Both the position numbers and the translations under genes were made by a program. This document shows, piece by piece, positions 53,401-64,000 of a stretch of DNA of 64,000 bases. The DNA is taken from the NCBI GenBank assembly GCA_963514005.1, contig OY740816.1, forward strand, positions 16,554,001 to 16,618,000, written 5' to 3'. The notes under the pieces are model-generated. The model searched no databases, had not been told where the DNA came from, and was given only the letters and a program-made list of their open reading frames with translations. The first letter of the stretch is position 1. Every line of letters starts with the position of its first letter. The stretch is from Raja brachyura (lineage: Eukaryota).

Positions 53401-56400
53401 ATTAAATATTTTTGGTGTCTTAACACTTTTAGAAATATTGAATTGAATTCCTTGATTTGTGTAGTTAGATAAACCTTGTGTAAATCTAAGGCTGTATTTT
53501 GAAATACCATTACCAATAAACATGCTCAAGCAAGTTTTATATATCTAATAACAAGCTCTAAATCCTGCAAGGACATATTAATCAGTTAGTCACTCACTGT
53601 TCTTTATTGCTCTGGTGCACATCTGCCCTTTGTTAGTAGCCTTCAGCAGGTTTTGGTGTGAACAGTCGAAAACCACAAAATGGAGTCATACATTACCCAT
53701 TGTTTGGGCATTTTGGGTGCTGATTTGCTTCAATTTGAAATCAACACACATTAGTACCTAGTTGTAGGCAGAACTTTGTCAATCGTGATTCTTGTAATGT
53801 TATTGCACATTCGAAATACTCAGTGGAGGCAGACAATAACTAGTGCCTAACACTAATTTATTGCCAACATTGCCACACTGGAATTCAGTGTCACAGCCAA
53901 TGCATGGAGTATCAAGCACTCGGCAACAGATGGATCATCCCTCAACCCGCTTCGTTTCCCCAGAATCATCAAGTACAAACGAGTTGGTGAATGTTTTTTA
54001 TTGAATATATCTCAAGTCAACTGATAATGCTTAAGTGGTACTCTCTCACACTGAAGAATGACAGTGTGAATAATGATATGCCAGAGAAGTTCAGCAGGGA
54101 GCCATATCCATCAAGAGTTTTCAGTGAGCAATTTGAATTTCACCTCGACATAGAATAACACGAGGCATCTACAGCTCTTTAACAGCACCATGCTCCTTTA
54201 TAATTTCAACCATACTTCAAGAGTACAGCTACATTACCAAAGGCTATTAGGATCACCATGACCATTAAATTCCAGGTTGAAGCTGCAAGTTTCTGTAACA
54301 TATCAAGATTCAAGAGAGATTCAAGAATGTTTTTTTTTGGTCATATATACTCATATGAACCAGAACAAGGAAATGCTTACTTGCTCGCAGGTTTACAGGC
54401 ACATTAGATGCAACTACAATAAAAATAAGAAGATAATAAACTATCTATTCTTATAAGTAAAATAGATTATGATAGTTCGAACACCAAAGTATATAGAGCA
54501 GCCATCGTAGTCCAAAGTCTTAGTGCTTCTGTGCTGAGGTAGGATGTGGTTAGTGTTGTGAAGATTGGTTCAAGAACCTGATGGTTTATGGGAGGAAGCT
54601 GTCATCGAACCTGAAGGTACTGGTTCTCAGGCTCCTGTACCTTGTTCTCAATGGTAGCAGCTAGAATAAAGCATAGCCAGGGTGGACATTGTCTTTGATA
54701 ATATTATCTGACTTTTTGACGCCACGCTTCTTGGGGCTCGCTTTGATGGTGGTGGGGTCAGTACCTGTGATGGACCAGGCAATGTTCATTATTTTCTGCA
54801 GCCTTCTTCGTTCTTAAGCATTAAATTTTCCATACCAGGCCATGATGCAACCAGACAGTATGCTCTCCAAATGCACCAGTACAGGTTTGAAAGAGAATTT
54901 GGCGACAAACCAATTCTCCTCAAACTTCTGAGATGATAGAAGCATTGGCCACCTTTCTTGGTGATTGCGTCAATGTGCTGGCCCCAGGACAGATCATCAG
55001 AAATGTGCATGTTCAGGAACTTGAAGGTGTTGACTCTCTCCACCACCATCCCATCAATGAAGACAGCTGCATGGTCCCTTGACTTTGTTCCCAAAGTCAA
55101 CAATCAGCTCCTCAGTCTTGTAAAAATGAATGCAGGATTTGTTCTGGCACCACTCAACCAGATTATCGATCTCCCCCTTTATTCTGCTTAATTGTTACCC
55201 ATTATTCCTCCAATAACAATGATGGCTAGAATCTAGAATGTAGAAGATTGAGGGGGGATCTTATAGAAACTTATAAAATTCTTAAGGGATTGGACAGGCT
55301 AGATGCAGGAAGATTGTTCCCGATGTTGCGGAGGTCCAGAACGAGGGGTCACAGTTTAAGGATAAGGGGGAATTCCTTTAGGACGGAGATGAGGAAAACA
55401 TTTTTCACACAGAGAGTGGTGAGTCTCTGGAATTCTCTGCCACAGAAGGTAGCTGAGGCCAGTTCATTGGCTATATTTAAGAGGGAGTTAGATGTGGCCC
55501 TTGTGGCTAAAGGGATCAGGGAGTATGGAGAGAAGGCAGGTACAGCATACGGAATTGAATGATCAGCCATGATCATATTGAATGACGGTGCAGGCTTGAA
55601 GGGCCGAATGGCCTACTCCTGCACCTATTTTCTATGTTTCTATGATATTGTCAGCAAATTTTAAAAAAATACTCCGCAATTCTCCATAAGGTCACATGAC
55701 ATAATTATATCTTGTCAGACAGAGACCATGGAAAAACAATCTATCCAATCTTTGAGAGCTTTTCAAAGGTGCAGAGTGTATTGACTGCATTTATTTCATC
55801 TAAAATGGAAACTAGAAGGGACTAGTCTCACAATATCTATCTGGCATGCAATATTGCCAGTCCATCATGCAAGTTCATGTCTAGTATCCTGGTAGCATTT
55901 ATGATGCATTCGATCCACGTAAGTTAGGTATACCATTGTAATTTTGTCTCCGTATCAACAAAATAGTTGTTTCTGATGACAAGGCCTAATAATTAGCTAC
56001 ATGACTCTTGATTCTGTGGTGCAAATCAAGCACATCTAATACTACACTGCCTTTCGCATAGACCATCAGTGTGTTCAAGCAACAATTTTATTACATGAGC
56101 CACTCCAAAAGAGCCCAATAGTAATTGGCCGAACAGGAATCAGAGTTGGCGTAGCATGCTTTGCACAACAGAACCTTGCAACCATGAGGATTTAGATATT
56201 GCAATTGTTATTCAGGGAGCATTAGCATATGAATAGATGATAGGGTGGTTGAGTAGCTGGTGGTGAAGGGAGAATGAAGAGGTGGAAAATGAGAAAGCCC
56301 TTTCCAACATTGCTGTTGGGACCAATTCAACAGATTGTGCCAAATAACGTTTACATCAATATTTAAGACCAATCTGAACAATGGAGTCAACTTTGCAAAG

Positions 56401-59400
56401 GCCAGACGAGAAAAGATTTAGACTGGGACAGCTGTCTTACACATTAGTTCAACAATTTGCTGAAGATTCAGCATGTCCTTGGAATGTCCCAATTTTAATC
56501 TCTACCAAATCCCCAATATTTAGAACATGCCAATATCTTTCAACTTATTGGTTTCTTATTGCCACATATACTAATATACCGTGAAAAGCTTTGTATATAC
56601 CAAAGACCACTTCATCACCTTCATCTATAATCATCTGCTCTGGTTGTAGTTCTTGTACTTTTTACCCTCCTCATGGAGGAGAGTGGGATTGGAATAAAGA
56701 CTGGGATTGGTTGATTCTGGGAGGAGAGAGAGGTGTGGAGGCTATAAAGGAAGGGGTGGAGAAAATGAAAGATGCATGCTTACACTATCTGCAGCTAGTA
56801 AATTTGTAGGACTAATTATATCAGAATTAATTGGGGGGGGGGTGGGTGGCGGGGGAGACACTTCCTCCAGGACCCCAGGGCTTGACCTTACTCCTTCCCA
56901 AGTTTCCTCCCAGTGACAATCTGAAGGACCTACTGGATCTCTTTAGAAAAGGGACACTTCTCCAACTCCTCCACCAAAGCTTCCAATGCAATAATTTGTG
57001 GTCCATTTGCTTTTAGGTCAGGCAAAAATTGCAATCCCCTCCACAGCGACTTCTCCTACCTGTTATAGCAGTAATTCACATTTTAGAATCTAGTTTTAAG
57101 CAGTCAATTCCAGTTTTAAGCAGTTAGAATCTAGTTTTAAGCAGTCCATTCCAGATACTAGCTACATATCATATTTGGGCCTCCTGCTGATGTAGTAAGA
57201 GACCTCATATTTCAATGAAACCTCAGCAATATCTAATTGTTCCCACTCATTACCATCTTTCCACTTAAATGGTTAATAGGAATGAAGAAGCTGTTTTCCC
57301 TCTAAATTCAATATATGGGACTTTCTACTTGATTGATTAGGAATGAATCAAGGGGGCATCAGCAAAATATTGTAAGTAGAATCATAGGTTTATAGTTAAA
57401 ATAACCAACTTGTATATTGTGCTCTAAGGTCACCAACATTAATCCATGGGAAAGTCAACATTCATTGAGATGCAAAATCCTATTCTATTTATATCAGAAT
57501 TAACATGGAATAGTACCAAAGTTCTGAAAAAAGGGCTCAGAATTTCCTGGAACATGGACTGAGTAGAAGGTCAAACCTCTTTCCCCAAAACTGAAGATTC
57601 AATGATTGTTAAAGATAAAGGGTAAATTCATCAGATACAAGAAAAATTAATATTAAATTAACAAAACAGATTAAAGGATTGAAAGGGAAGGCAGATTTGA
57701 AAAACCTTAATCAACAATTTACCTGCAGGAATAACATTGTATGGTTGGAAATGTTGAGTGGCGTTGGTTTGATTTAGTTTAATTATGTAAATCAGGGGGT
57801 CCCAACCTTTTTCGTTCCGTTTACCCCTGGCAACTTTACTAGCACTGTTTTTAACTTTAAAAAACAATGTTATTTCATTTATTTATGAACAACTAATGAT
57901 GAACAGATACCGGTATACCGGAACGAGACACGGTCAGTCAATGAGAAAAAATGTACCAATCCAGAATCAACAAATTTACCCCCTGGGTAGGCAGCATTTA
58001 CAGAACCCTTGGTGTAAATGGTTCTGAAATGTCAATTATCTGGAAAGTCAACTGAAAGTGAACTAGAAGCATGGGTTTTTATGAGGTACTAGACTAAGTG
58101 GGACCCATTGGGTCCCAGCATCACACGGGAGGGCTGGTCCCTCAACGCAATATTCCACCTCTCCACCAATTCCAATATTGGTGGCCAGTGGGGGGGGGGG
58201 GCTTTCTGGAGCGCTAGTATGGGTGTTGTGGGCTGAAGGGACTGGTTTCAAGAGGGCTAGAATGGGCATTGTGGGCCGAATGGTTTCTTGAGCTGGCGGC
58301 TCAGTCACTCAACCCTGTTGTGCTTGCAGCTCACTCACTCACAGCTAGTGGGCTGGAAGTTGACTCACGGCTATTCCTTGAAATTCCAAGCAGGGTGCAA
58401 GGCCACCAAATTCAAGTGCAGTTTCTTACCACTTCACGCAGGGTGCAAGGCCACCAAATTCAAGTGCAGTTTCATACCATGTCAAGCAGGGTGCAAGGCC
58501 ACTGAAGACAGCGAGTCGTGACCTCTCCCTCGTCCATCTTGCAGAAATTGAGCCACGCCCACATTTCTGGGTATTATAGCCCCCCCCCCATCTCACCAGA
58601 AGGGGCGTGGCCTTCATGATGTGATTGACAGGAGAGAGAATCTCAACATTTAAAAAACACGATGGGAAAAATCCTCGGCACCTGATGAGCGAAGGGGGAC
58701 TCGGAGTAAGATGGCCAAAAATCACAGCCGTACGTGGTAGTGTTTTTTCTAAAATCAATATAAAGCTCAAACAGGAAGTGGTCAAGATTAGACTTCTAAT
58801 TATATAGAAAGGCAACTTTAATTAGGCACGGCAACTTTAATTAGGCAAGGCAACTTTAATTAGGAAACACAGCTTTAGCATTTCCAAACCAAAGGTAACA
58901 CAGCTTTAGCATTTCCAAACCAAAGGCAACACAACTTTAGCATTTCCAAACCAAAGGCAGCACAGCTTTAGCATTTCCAAACTACACTAAGGGCACTGAC
59001 AGGTCAGTAAAACTACTCACAGTTTAGTAGACATGTGTTCAGTGTTATTCACAGCTCAGACTGAGAGACTTGACCCTCTCGTTCCCCCATCTTGCAGAGA
59101 CTGACTGAGCACTCAACACTACCGGATTTTATAGTCCATCCGGAAGGGGCGTGGCTTTCAGGAGAGAGAATCTCAACATTTTTTAAACACTAATAACTCT
59201 TTTATTTTTCATCGATGGGAAAAATCCTCTTGTCCTGTGCAGCGGAGGGGGACTCTGAGTAAGATGGCCAAAAATCACAGCCGTAAGTGGTAACGTTTTT
59301 TCTAAAATCAATATACAGAACACCAGGAAATGGTCAAGATGAGACTTTTAGTAATATAGATTTTTATACCAATGCCAGAATACAATTGGAAAAGTATCTA

Positions 59401-60548
59401 AATGATTTGGGGAGATTTTTTTTTAAACCTAGTATTTGAATTAGTTATCCATTTGTTGAAATAATGAGCAGTTTCATGGGGGTTTATTTGTGATATGAAT
59501 CTTGCGGATCTTTCCATTGGTTGTGCCACGAAGAAGAAATAGTTGAAAGAAACTAATTCTCCACACTGAAGATTTCCTCTCGTATAACCCCAACCGATTT
59601 TTGCAGCAAGTACAATATGGTCTTTCCGCTTACCTTCTCAGCTGTGAATACATTACATATAACGAATAGCAGTGCCATAAAAATAAAACATCAAATATTT
59701 TACTTAAAATAAATCAAAGTCGAAAGGGTATATAATTCTGTTTTCATCCCACAGATGTTACCTGATCAATGGGATATTTCCAGCACTTTCTGTTTTATTT
59801 CAGATTTCCAACATCAGCAGAATATTAGGTTTTACAATACAACAGGTTGCGAATCCATCAAATATATTTAATAAAAAATGTGACAAAAGGAAGACAGCTT
59901 ATAATCAGAGTTTATTATGTTGTGCTATTTATTACGAACTTATAAAGTGCGAATGTAATATGGCCCACTTTGGGTTGAACTAATGCCAGCCTTGAACCTT
60001 CCTACCATCTGACAGCTTAATCAAAGATCTCAAACATTTCAATCCTTTAAGGGCCTGTCCCACTTTCACGAGGTAATTCACGAATTCTCCCGAGTTTTCC
60101 CCTGATTCAAAATTGCGGAATGCTCGTTACGAGTCTATAGGAGGTCGTAGGAGTTAGTAGATATATCGTAGCTGCTCGTTATGCTAGCCGTAGGTACTCG
60201 TGGCATCAGGTGAGTCTGGACGTTTTTTCCAGCCCAATAAAAAATGTCCACGAGTAAAAAAATGGTCGGGATGAAAGAATTAAGTCGTGAAAGTGGGACA
60301 AGCCCTTAACAAGGATGCAAGATGAGGTTTAATAAGGAGAAAAAAAGGAAAAAGCATTTTTTGATTATATATTGACTGTTCACAAGAATTAATGCTACAC
60401 AAACTATGCATTTCCATTATCTTCTACCTTTCACTCACCTGTTGCGATGCCTGAACTTGCTGTACCACTTGCGTTGGCACTCCAGATTGCGCTCCAGCTG
60501 ACGAAGAGCTGGAATCGGAGCCTGCCTCCGTTGGCCGCATACTTGCTT
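14251..60548 (-). CDS. RFX1: Regulatory factor X1 (winged-helix X-box transcription factor); 5'-partial, 17 coding exons in window
   Basis: Exons join in frame with GT-AG ends: 60548-60439, 47344-47252, 40003-39908, 34741-34638, 33772-33505, 31853-31672, 28814-28695, 26415-26300, 25075-24957, 23969-23860, 22967-22816, 22687-22590, 22140-21991, 20260-20052, 18655-18502, 15796-15751, 14408-14251. Contains the RFX DNA-binding domain, the dimerisation domain and an RFX1-type acidic C-terminus ([18 protein letters not shown]). Confidence 0.96.
14700..15570 (+). mobile_element. Degenerate Tx1-like ORF2 C-terminal fragment interrupted by a SINE
   Basis: [20 protein letters not shown]...LRNAL parallels QQSEMSVGECCRLAHCRLQEYVLRDAL of the copy at 7600. 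Confidence 0.55.
15220..15523 (-). mobile_element. HE1/V-SINE-like SINE, near full length
   Basis: Head to tail; flanked by a GACTTT direct repeat. Confidence 0.88.
15751..15796 (-). CDS. RFX1: RFX1 small exon [15 protein letters not shown]
   Basis: 46 nt, ccAG acceptor, G|GTTAGT donor; human has [15 protein letters not shown]. Confidence 0.93.
16965..17172 (-). mobile_element. HE1/V-SINE-like SINE, degenerate
   Basis: Core and head similarity. Confidence 0.7.
18502..18655 (-). CDS. RFX1: RFX1 exon [25 protein letters not shown]...AVMGE
   Basis: 154 nt, GTAAGT donor. Confidence 0.97.
20052..20260 (-). CDS. RFX1: RFX1 exon EQASWVCRC...FLLKWSFY
   Basis: 209 nt, dimerisation domain. Confidence 0.97.
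20376..21040 (-). mobile_element. CR1-like (HER1-type) LINE 3' end
   Basis: [19 protein letters not shown]...[13 protein letters not shown], followed by 3' UTR. Confidence 0.92.
21295..21497. mobile_element. Inverted pair of Penelope-like terminal repeats
   Basis: Arms of about 95 bp. The family recurs at about 1365, 1900, 5459, 6954, 8162, 24560, 25530, 25697, 40883, 53180 and 61010. Confidence 0.65.
21530..21820 (-). mobile_element. CR1-like LINE 3' fragment
   Basis: [17 protein letters not shown]...ELPEEVV. Confidence 0.8.
21991..22140 (-). CDS. RFX1: RFX1 exon [25 protein letters not shown]...DFANVQ
   Basis: 150 nt, dimerisation domain. Confidence 0.97.
22590..22687 (-). CDS. RFX1: RFX1 exon [18 protein letters not shown]...VRVK
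   Basis: 98 nt, GTAAGT donor. Confidence 0.96.
22816..22967 (-). CDS. RFX1: RFX1 exon [10 protein letters not shown]...[12 protein letters not shown]
   Basis: 152 nt, GTAAGT donor. Confidence 0.96.
23375..23695 (+). mobile_element. HE1/V-SINE-like SINE
   Basis: GGTTCGATCC box, core, TATCTCTAAACTAA tail. Confidence 0.88.
23860..23969 (-). CDS. RFX1: RFX1 exon [24 protein letters not shown]...
   Basis: 110 nt, conserved RFX B region. Confidence 0.95.
24957..25075 (-). CDS. RFX1: RFX1 exon DASRALPEF...LYREHCE
   Basis: 119 nt, GAG|GTGTTA donor. Confidence 0.95.
26300..26415 (-). CDS. RFX1: RFX1 exon [13 protein letters not shown]...QYQQFL
   Basis: 116 nt, phase-consistent, GTGAGT donor. Confidence 0.95.
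27590..28325 (+). mobile_element. Degenerate CR1-like RT fragment with inserted Penelope-terminus palindrome (about 27885-28070)
   Basis: [14 protein letters not shown] and KFADDTK motifs are recognisable. Confidence 0.75.
28695..28814 (-). CDS. RFX1: RFX1 exon [14 protein letters not shown]...QKQR
   Basis: 120 nt; end of the DNA-binding domain; GTGAGT donor. Confidence 0.97.
29062..29370 (-). mobile_element. HE1/V-SINE-like SINE, near full length
   Basis: (TTTAG)n tail at 29062, core and head. Confidence 0.88.
30450..30748 (+). mobile_element. HE1/V-SINE-like SINE
   Basis: Same family. Confidence 0.85.
31140..31368 (-). mobile_element. HE1/V-SINE-like SINE, 5'-truncated
   Basis: Tail and core. 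Confidence 0.85.
31672..31853 (-). CDS. RFX1: RFX1 DNA-binding domain exon [19 protein letters not shown]...GLRTRRLGT
   Basis: 182 nt; RFX winged-helix signature. Confidence 0.98.
33505..33772 (-). CDS. RFX1: RFX1 exon [13 protein letters not shown]...[12 protein letters not shown]
   Basis: 268 nt, [12 protein letters not shown] motif, GTGAGT donor; lacks the long poly-Gly tract of the human protein. Confidence 0.95.
34638..34741 (-). CDS. RFX1: RFX1 exon [34 protein letters not shown](I)
   Basis: 104 nt, carries the QVQYVEG motif of the RFX1-3 activation region; GTGAGT donor. Confidence 0.95.
35335..35615 (-). mobile_element. CR1-like LINE 3' end
   Basis: Similar to 20376-20670. Confidence 0.85.
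35930..36245 (+). mobile_element. CR1-like LINE 3' end
   Basis: Similar to 21530-21820 in the opposite orientation. Confidence 0.82.
37154..37501 (-). CDS. RFX1: Candidate extra (cassette) RFX1 exon, 116 aa
   Basis: 348-nt open frame bounded exactly by TAG|AGC and AAA|GTAGGT; phase 0-0 inside a phase-0 intron; rich in Q/V/S/P. No transcript evidence available. Confidence 0.6.
39085..39356 (+). mobile_element. HE1/V-SINE-like SINE (a further 3' fragment lies at about 39545-39668)
   Basis: Head with GGTTCGATCC, core and tail. Confidence 0.85.
39908..40003 (-). CDS. RFX1: RFX1 exon [32 protein letters not shown]
   Basis: 96 nt, phase 0-0, GTAAAC donor; matches human RSVVQATPQAPK...VHVAQE. Confidence 0.93.
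43595..44245 (-). mobile_element. Penelope-like retroelement remnant (RT fragment plus terminal repeat)
   Basis: CYTDDCIG...DTSFPFL resembles the Penelope RT motifs RYIDD / LPFLD; terminal repeat at about 43595-43720. Confidence 0.65.
44267..44737 (-). mobile_element. CR1-like LINE 3' end
   Basis: [26 protein letters not shown]. Confidence 0.9.
44803..45199 (+). mobile_element. CR1-like LINE 3' end
   Basis: [23 protein letters not shown] plus a short-repeat tail. Confidence 0.9.
47252..47344 (-). CDS. RFX1: RFX1 exon [31 protein letters not shown]
   Basis: 93 nt, phase 0-0, CAG acceptor, CAG|GTAACA donor; resembles human RLLVQTSVQAK. Not in the ORF track. Confidence 0.85.
49297..49580 (+). 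mobile_element. HE1/V-SINE-like SINE (older inverted copy at about 49700-50010)
   Basis: Head, core and TAAAC tail. Confidence 0.85.
51573..52854 (-). mobile_element. Non-autonomous Helitron, copy 1
   Basis: Minus strand reads A|TCTATATTAC ... hairpin TGGGACCC-AAC-GGGTCCCA ... CTAG|T; AT target, no TSD; second copy at 58063. Confidence 0.85.
54310..55225 (-). mobile_element. Rex1/Babar-like LINE 3' part
   Basis: [20 protein letters not shown]...HLRSLRR; (TCTTGAA)-type tail near 54310. Confidence 0.75.
55240..55645 (+). mobile_element. CR1-like LINE 3' end
   Basis: [17 protein letters not shown]...; TTTCTATG tail. Confidence 0.9.
57793..57990. mobile_element. hAT-like DNA transposon terminal fragment
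   Basis: CAGGGGGTCCCAACCTTTT resembles hAT-Charlie termini; the opposite end was not found. Confidence 0.4.
58063..59360 (-). mobile_element. Non-autonomous Helitron, copy 2
   Basis: Same TC start (59360), hairpin at 58099-58117, CTAG ends at 58089 and 58063. Confidence 0.85.
60051..60305. mobile_element. MITE with 21-bp terminal inverted repeats flanked by TTAA
   Basis: GGGCCTGTCCCACTTTCACGA versus TCGTGAAAGTGGGACAAGCCC (1 mismatch); TTAA on both sides. Confidence 0.88.
60439..60548 (-). CDS. RFX1: RFX1 exon (E)[36 protein letters not shown]
   Basis: 110 nt, tttAG acceptor, GTGAGT donor; matches human [15 protein letters not shown]. Confidence 0.93.
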
Positions 60549-61599
60549 CTAAACAGAAACAGTAACAACGCGTCAATAATTTTGTTTTCTCTTGTGAACA
60601 ATTAACACTGGACTTCTTAAGCAAAACTTAAAACATTGAGAAACTACGGCAATGATTTGAAGAACATAATATTACAGAAGCATTTTCTGTTCTGTTTTTA
60701 GTTTTATCTTGCATATTACACATTCATTTCACTATGCCAAAGCCTTTTTTCTGCTGACTGGATAACAGGCAACAAAAGCTTTTCACTGTACCTCGGTACA
60801 TGTGACAATAAACTCATCTAACTTCAAAGACTGAACCTTAGCCATCCTTTGAGTTTTGTCTAACGAAACCAGGATAGCATTTAATGAAAGAATAAATATG
60901 GAGACAGCAACTGCAGGATATTTTTTATTGAGGTCTACAAGATAGAATAGCCCAACTGGCAAAAGAATGACTCTGTATAGGAAGGAAGGAAAGATGCTGG
61001 TTTTCATCGAAGTTAGTCACAAAATGCTGGAGTAACTCAGCGGGACAGGCAGTATCTCTGGAGGAACAGAATGGGTGATGTTTCGGGTCGAGACCCTTCT
61101 TTAAAATAATTACTCTATGGCATTTAAGGAATGCTGCTATATTTTGAAAATGAAAAGGAAATGAATCAAATTAAATGATTGACTACTACTGTAATGTAAT
61201 TAAGCTTCAAGAAATTCAGCACTCACATTGGCTAAAAGTAATAAATGATGGCTTTGTTTGTGCCACTTTTGGACATTCACATTTGCCATCTGCTTAGCAG
61301 CAATTAATTTGGTTATTTCATATTTGACTCTGCATCAGAGTCAGTAATGAATGGTTTCAAGTTATGCAGCAGCAGTATTCCAAATTTCCAGATCTTTGAA
61401 CAACCCCAAGGCCCCGCTTTGCATCAACACCGGGAGGCTTCAATGCCAGGAGACTCCCGGGAGGCCTTCAATGTGTCTGGAAATGTGGGCAGGCTTGCAA
61501 GTAAGCATGAAGCACAGGGGACTATGACCCCACCCCACCATTCCACTCACCAATGTTCAGTCACTAGAAAATAAAGTGGGGGACATACAGGGAAGGCTG

Positions 61600-62350
61600 C
61601 TTTATCAAAGGAACATGAGGGAATGCTGTGTGCTCGGTTTCACAGAGACATAGCTCACCCTCAGACTTACTCATCCAGCCCAAAGGTTTCTCCATCCATC
61701 GCATGGACAGAACGAGACATTGGGAAAAGGGAAAAGCAATGGTGTCTGCCTCACGGTGAACTCTGTGGTGCTTAGACGTAGCATACGCGTCTAACTCCTG
61801 CTCTTCGCACTTGGAACACCTGGTGGTGAAGTGCCGTCCCTTCTACCTCCCGAGATAATTCACTTTTATCATAACTGTGATCTACATCCAATCCCAGTCG
61901 ACATTCATCTAACACTGGAGGAGCTGCAACTCCTTTTCCAGCATAGCCAGGGACTTCAACAAAGCCAGCCTGAAGAAATCACTCCGTAACTACCACCAGC
62001 ACATGCCCTGCAGCAGCAGAGGAGCAAACAACCTCGGCCACCACTGTTGCACCATCAGAGATGCATATCGCTCCATCCCTTGCCCTCACTTTGGGAAATA
62101 CGAAAACTCAGCTGTGCCTTTTCCACCGATTGAAGAGTGCACGCCCAACAGCGTGGACTGCACAGAGCTGGTCTGGGGAGGGCAGAGCATCGACTCTGGG
62201 GTTGCTTGTGGCTAGACTGGGCGATGTTCAAGGACTTGGCAATGGACATGAATGAATTTGCCATAGTTGTTACCAACTTCATAAGAAAATGTATGGAAGA
62301 GTATGTTCCCATGAAAACCATCTGAGTGTTCCCCAGCCAGAAGCCTTGGA
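61600..62350 (+). mobile_element. Rex1/Babar-like LINE internal fragment (endonuclease/tether region)
   Basis: LEHLVVKCRPFYLPR and DWAMFKD...FIRKCMEEYVPMKTI...KPW, frameshifted. Confidence 0.7.
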
Positions 62351-62699
62351 TATAATGAACTTTTTATGGTGTTTACCGAGTACTACATTTACATATCTGT
62401 TATGCTGCTGCAAGTAAGAATTTCATTGTTCTATTTCAACAACACTGTGGACTCTTGACATTCCTGACATTTACTGTATGTGATGTCCCAAAATGTATTA
62501 CCTCACACTCATCTAGATTAATGCCACAACTCCACCCAACTTTCCATCTGTTGTATATCCTGCTGCATCCGTTCACAACTTTCACCACTATCTGCTAATA
62601 CACTGCTTTTTATATCGTTGGCAAATTTACTGATCAGGCCACCCACGTTTTCATCCTCTCCCCACCTCTTTCTGCAGGGATCATTCTCTCCATTACTCA

Positions 62700-63075
62700 T
62701 GGGAGGTGGTCTTGGCGGAATGGATGCTCCTCAAACTGCAGAGCATCTTGGACAATACAGCTCACCCCCTCCATGACACACTGGTCAACCTAAGGAGCAC
62801 CATCAGCAACAGACTGGTTCCACCAAAATGCAGCACACGACCCATAGGAGATCCTTTTTCCGTGTGGCTATCAAACTGTACAACTCCTCCCCCTTCTGTC
62901 GTGGGGTAGACTGACCCCCCCCCCCTTCCCCCTCCCCAATCTTTGCACATCCCCAATCCTGGACTTTCCACTCCTGACCTTAACTTCATGTTTCATTGAT
63001 CTTATTGTGTTTTAAGACTGTTGGTAGACCAATTTCACGGTTGGGATAAATAAAGTTCTATAGTATCGTATCGTA
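62700..63075 (+). mobile_element. Rex1-like LINE 3' end
   Basis: SILDNTAHPLH motif; AATAAA plus (TATCG)n tail. Confidence 0.75.
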
Positions 63076-64000
63076 GAACAGTAAGAAAACAATAAGAAAA
63101 ACTCTTCGGTCCGCAATGTTTGCGCCAAACACAATGGCAAGGGGCACTAATCACACCTGGCCTCTTAAAAGCCACTATTGTAGGTCTCCACTACCACCCC
63201 TGACAGCACATTTCAAGGATCCACCACCTCGGTGCAAAATACTTGCCTTTAAATTTGCCCCTCTCACCTTAAGCTATGCCCTCTAGTCTTTGATATTTCT
63301 ACCATGATAAGAAAGTTCAGACTGTCTACCTTATTTATGCCTTTCATAATTGTATGTACCTCTATCAAGCTAGTCAATAGTCTGAATTATGGCAAGTAGA
63401 TGGGATTGCAGAGTTTGAATTCAATTAGATCAGCTAAAATATTTTTAAATGGTGGCCAATTTTTAGTCCTAATTCAGTACAAATGTTTGTATATGAAAAT
63501 GTTGCAAATACTCAACAGATCAAGTAGCAACAGTGGTTGATGATTGAAGATTTTTCAACTAAGTGATCATTTTTCATCAGATCCTGGGATGTCAGATGCA
63601 AAGCTAATGCCTGTTCTCCTCTGCAGAAACTTTATGATTTGCAGTTTCCATTTCAGATTTCCCATTATTGCATATGCTGTTGTATATAAACATGTTGTAT
63701 TTCAAAATGTTTTTCATTCTAGGCCACAAATTCCCAATAACGAAGGATACATGAACCTTTTAAGTTGCATTTAAACACCTATTTGTTTTTCTATTCTTCC
63801 AATCAAAACAGATAATCACACATTTCAACACAATTTTCTTTTTTATTGTTCCCTTAACCTTTTAACATCCTTTTGAGACCTTTGAGTTTTTCTCACGGCT
63901 TGCTTTCCAACCTATTTTGTATCGTCATCAAATTTGGCTACAATGCACTCAGTCTTTTCATTTAAGTTACAAATAGAGACATAGAAAAATAGGTGCCATT

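Noticed and set aside
53598-53640. Possible small RFX1 exon ending ACA|GTGAGT
   Set aside because: 43 nt, frame-shifting, poor acceptor, no similarity to RFX1.
14251-60548. Alternative identity as RFX2 or RFX3
   Set aside because: The DNA-binding-domain variant [18 protein letters not shown] and the [16 protein letters not shown]-terminus match RFX1.

Overview
Vertebrate genomic DNA, most likely a cartilaginous fish (skate/ray), judging from abundant HE1/V-SINE-like, CR1-like and Penelope-like repeats. Most of the window is the minus-strand gene RFX1. I traced 17 GT-AG coding exons from 60548 down to the stop at 14251 (2285 nt, reading frame consistent across all junctions); the start exon lies beyond 64000. 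A repeat-free 3' UTR of about 5.2 kb runs to a poly(A) signal at 9078-9083. About 4.7 kb further on, in the same orientation, is the CpG-rich promoter and first coding exon of CARM1 (4367-4226). Most notable: a candidate 348-nt in-frame extra RFX1 exon absent from human RFX1 as I recall it, an array of CCAAT boxes at about 32-bp spacing just past the RFX1 poly(A) site, two composite non-autonomous Helitrons, a 38-bp minisatellite abutting the CARM1 promoter, decayed hammerhead-like cores in Penelope termini, and a 74-bp direct repeat bracketing the last RFX1 coding segment. There are two assembly gaps. Repeat boundaries are approximate, and family names come from recognition, not database searches.
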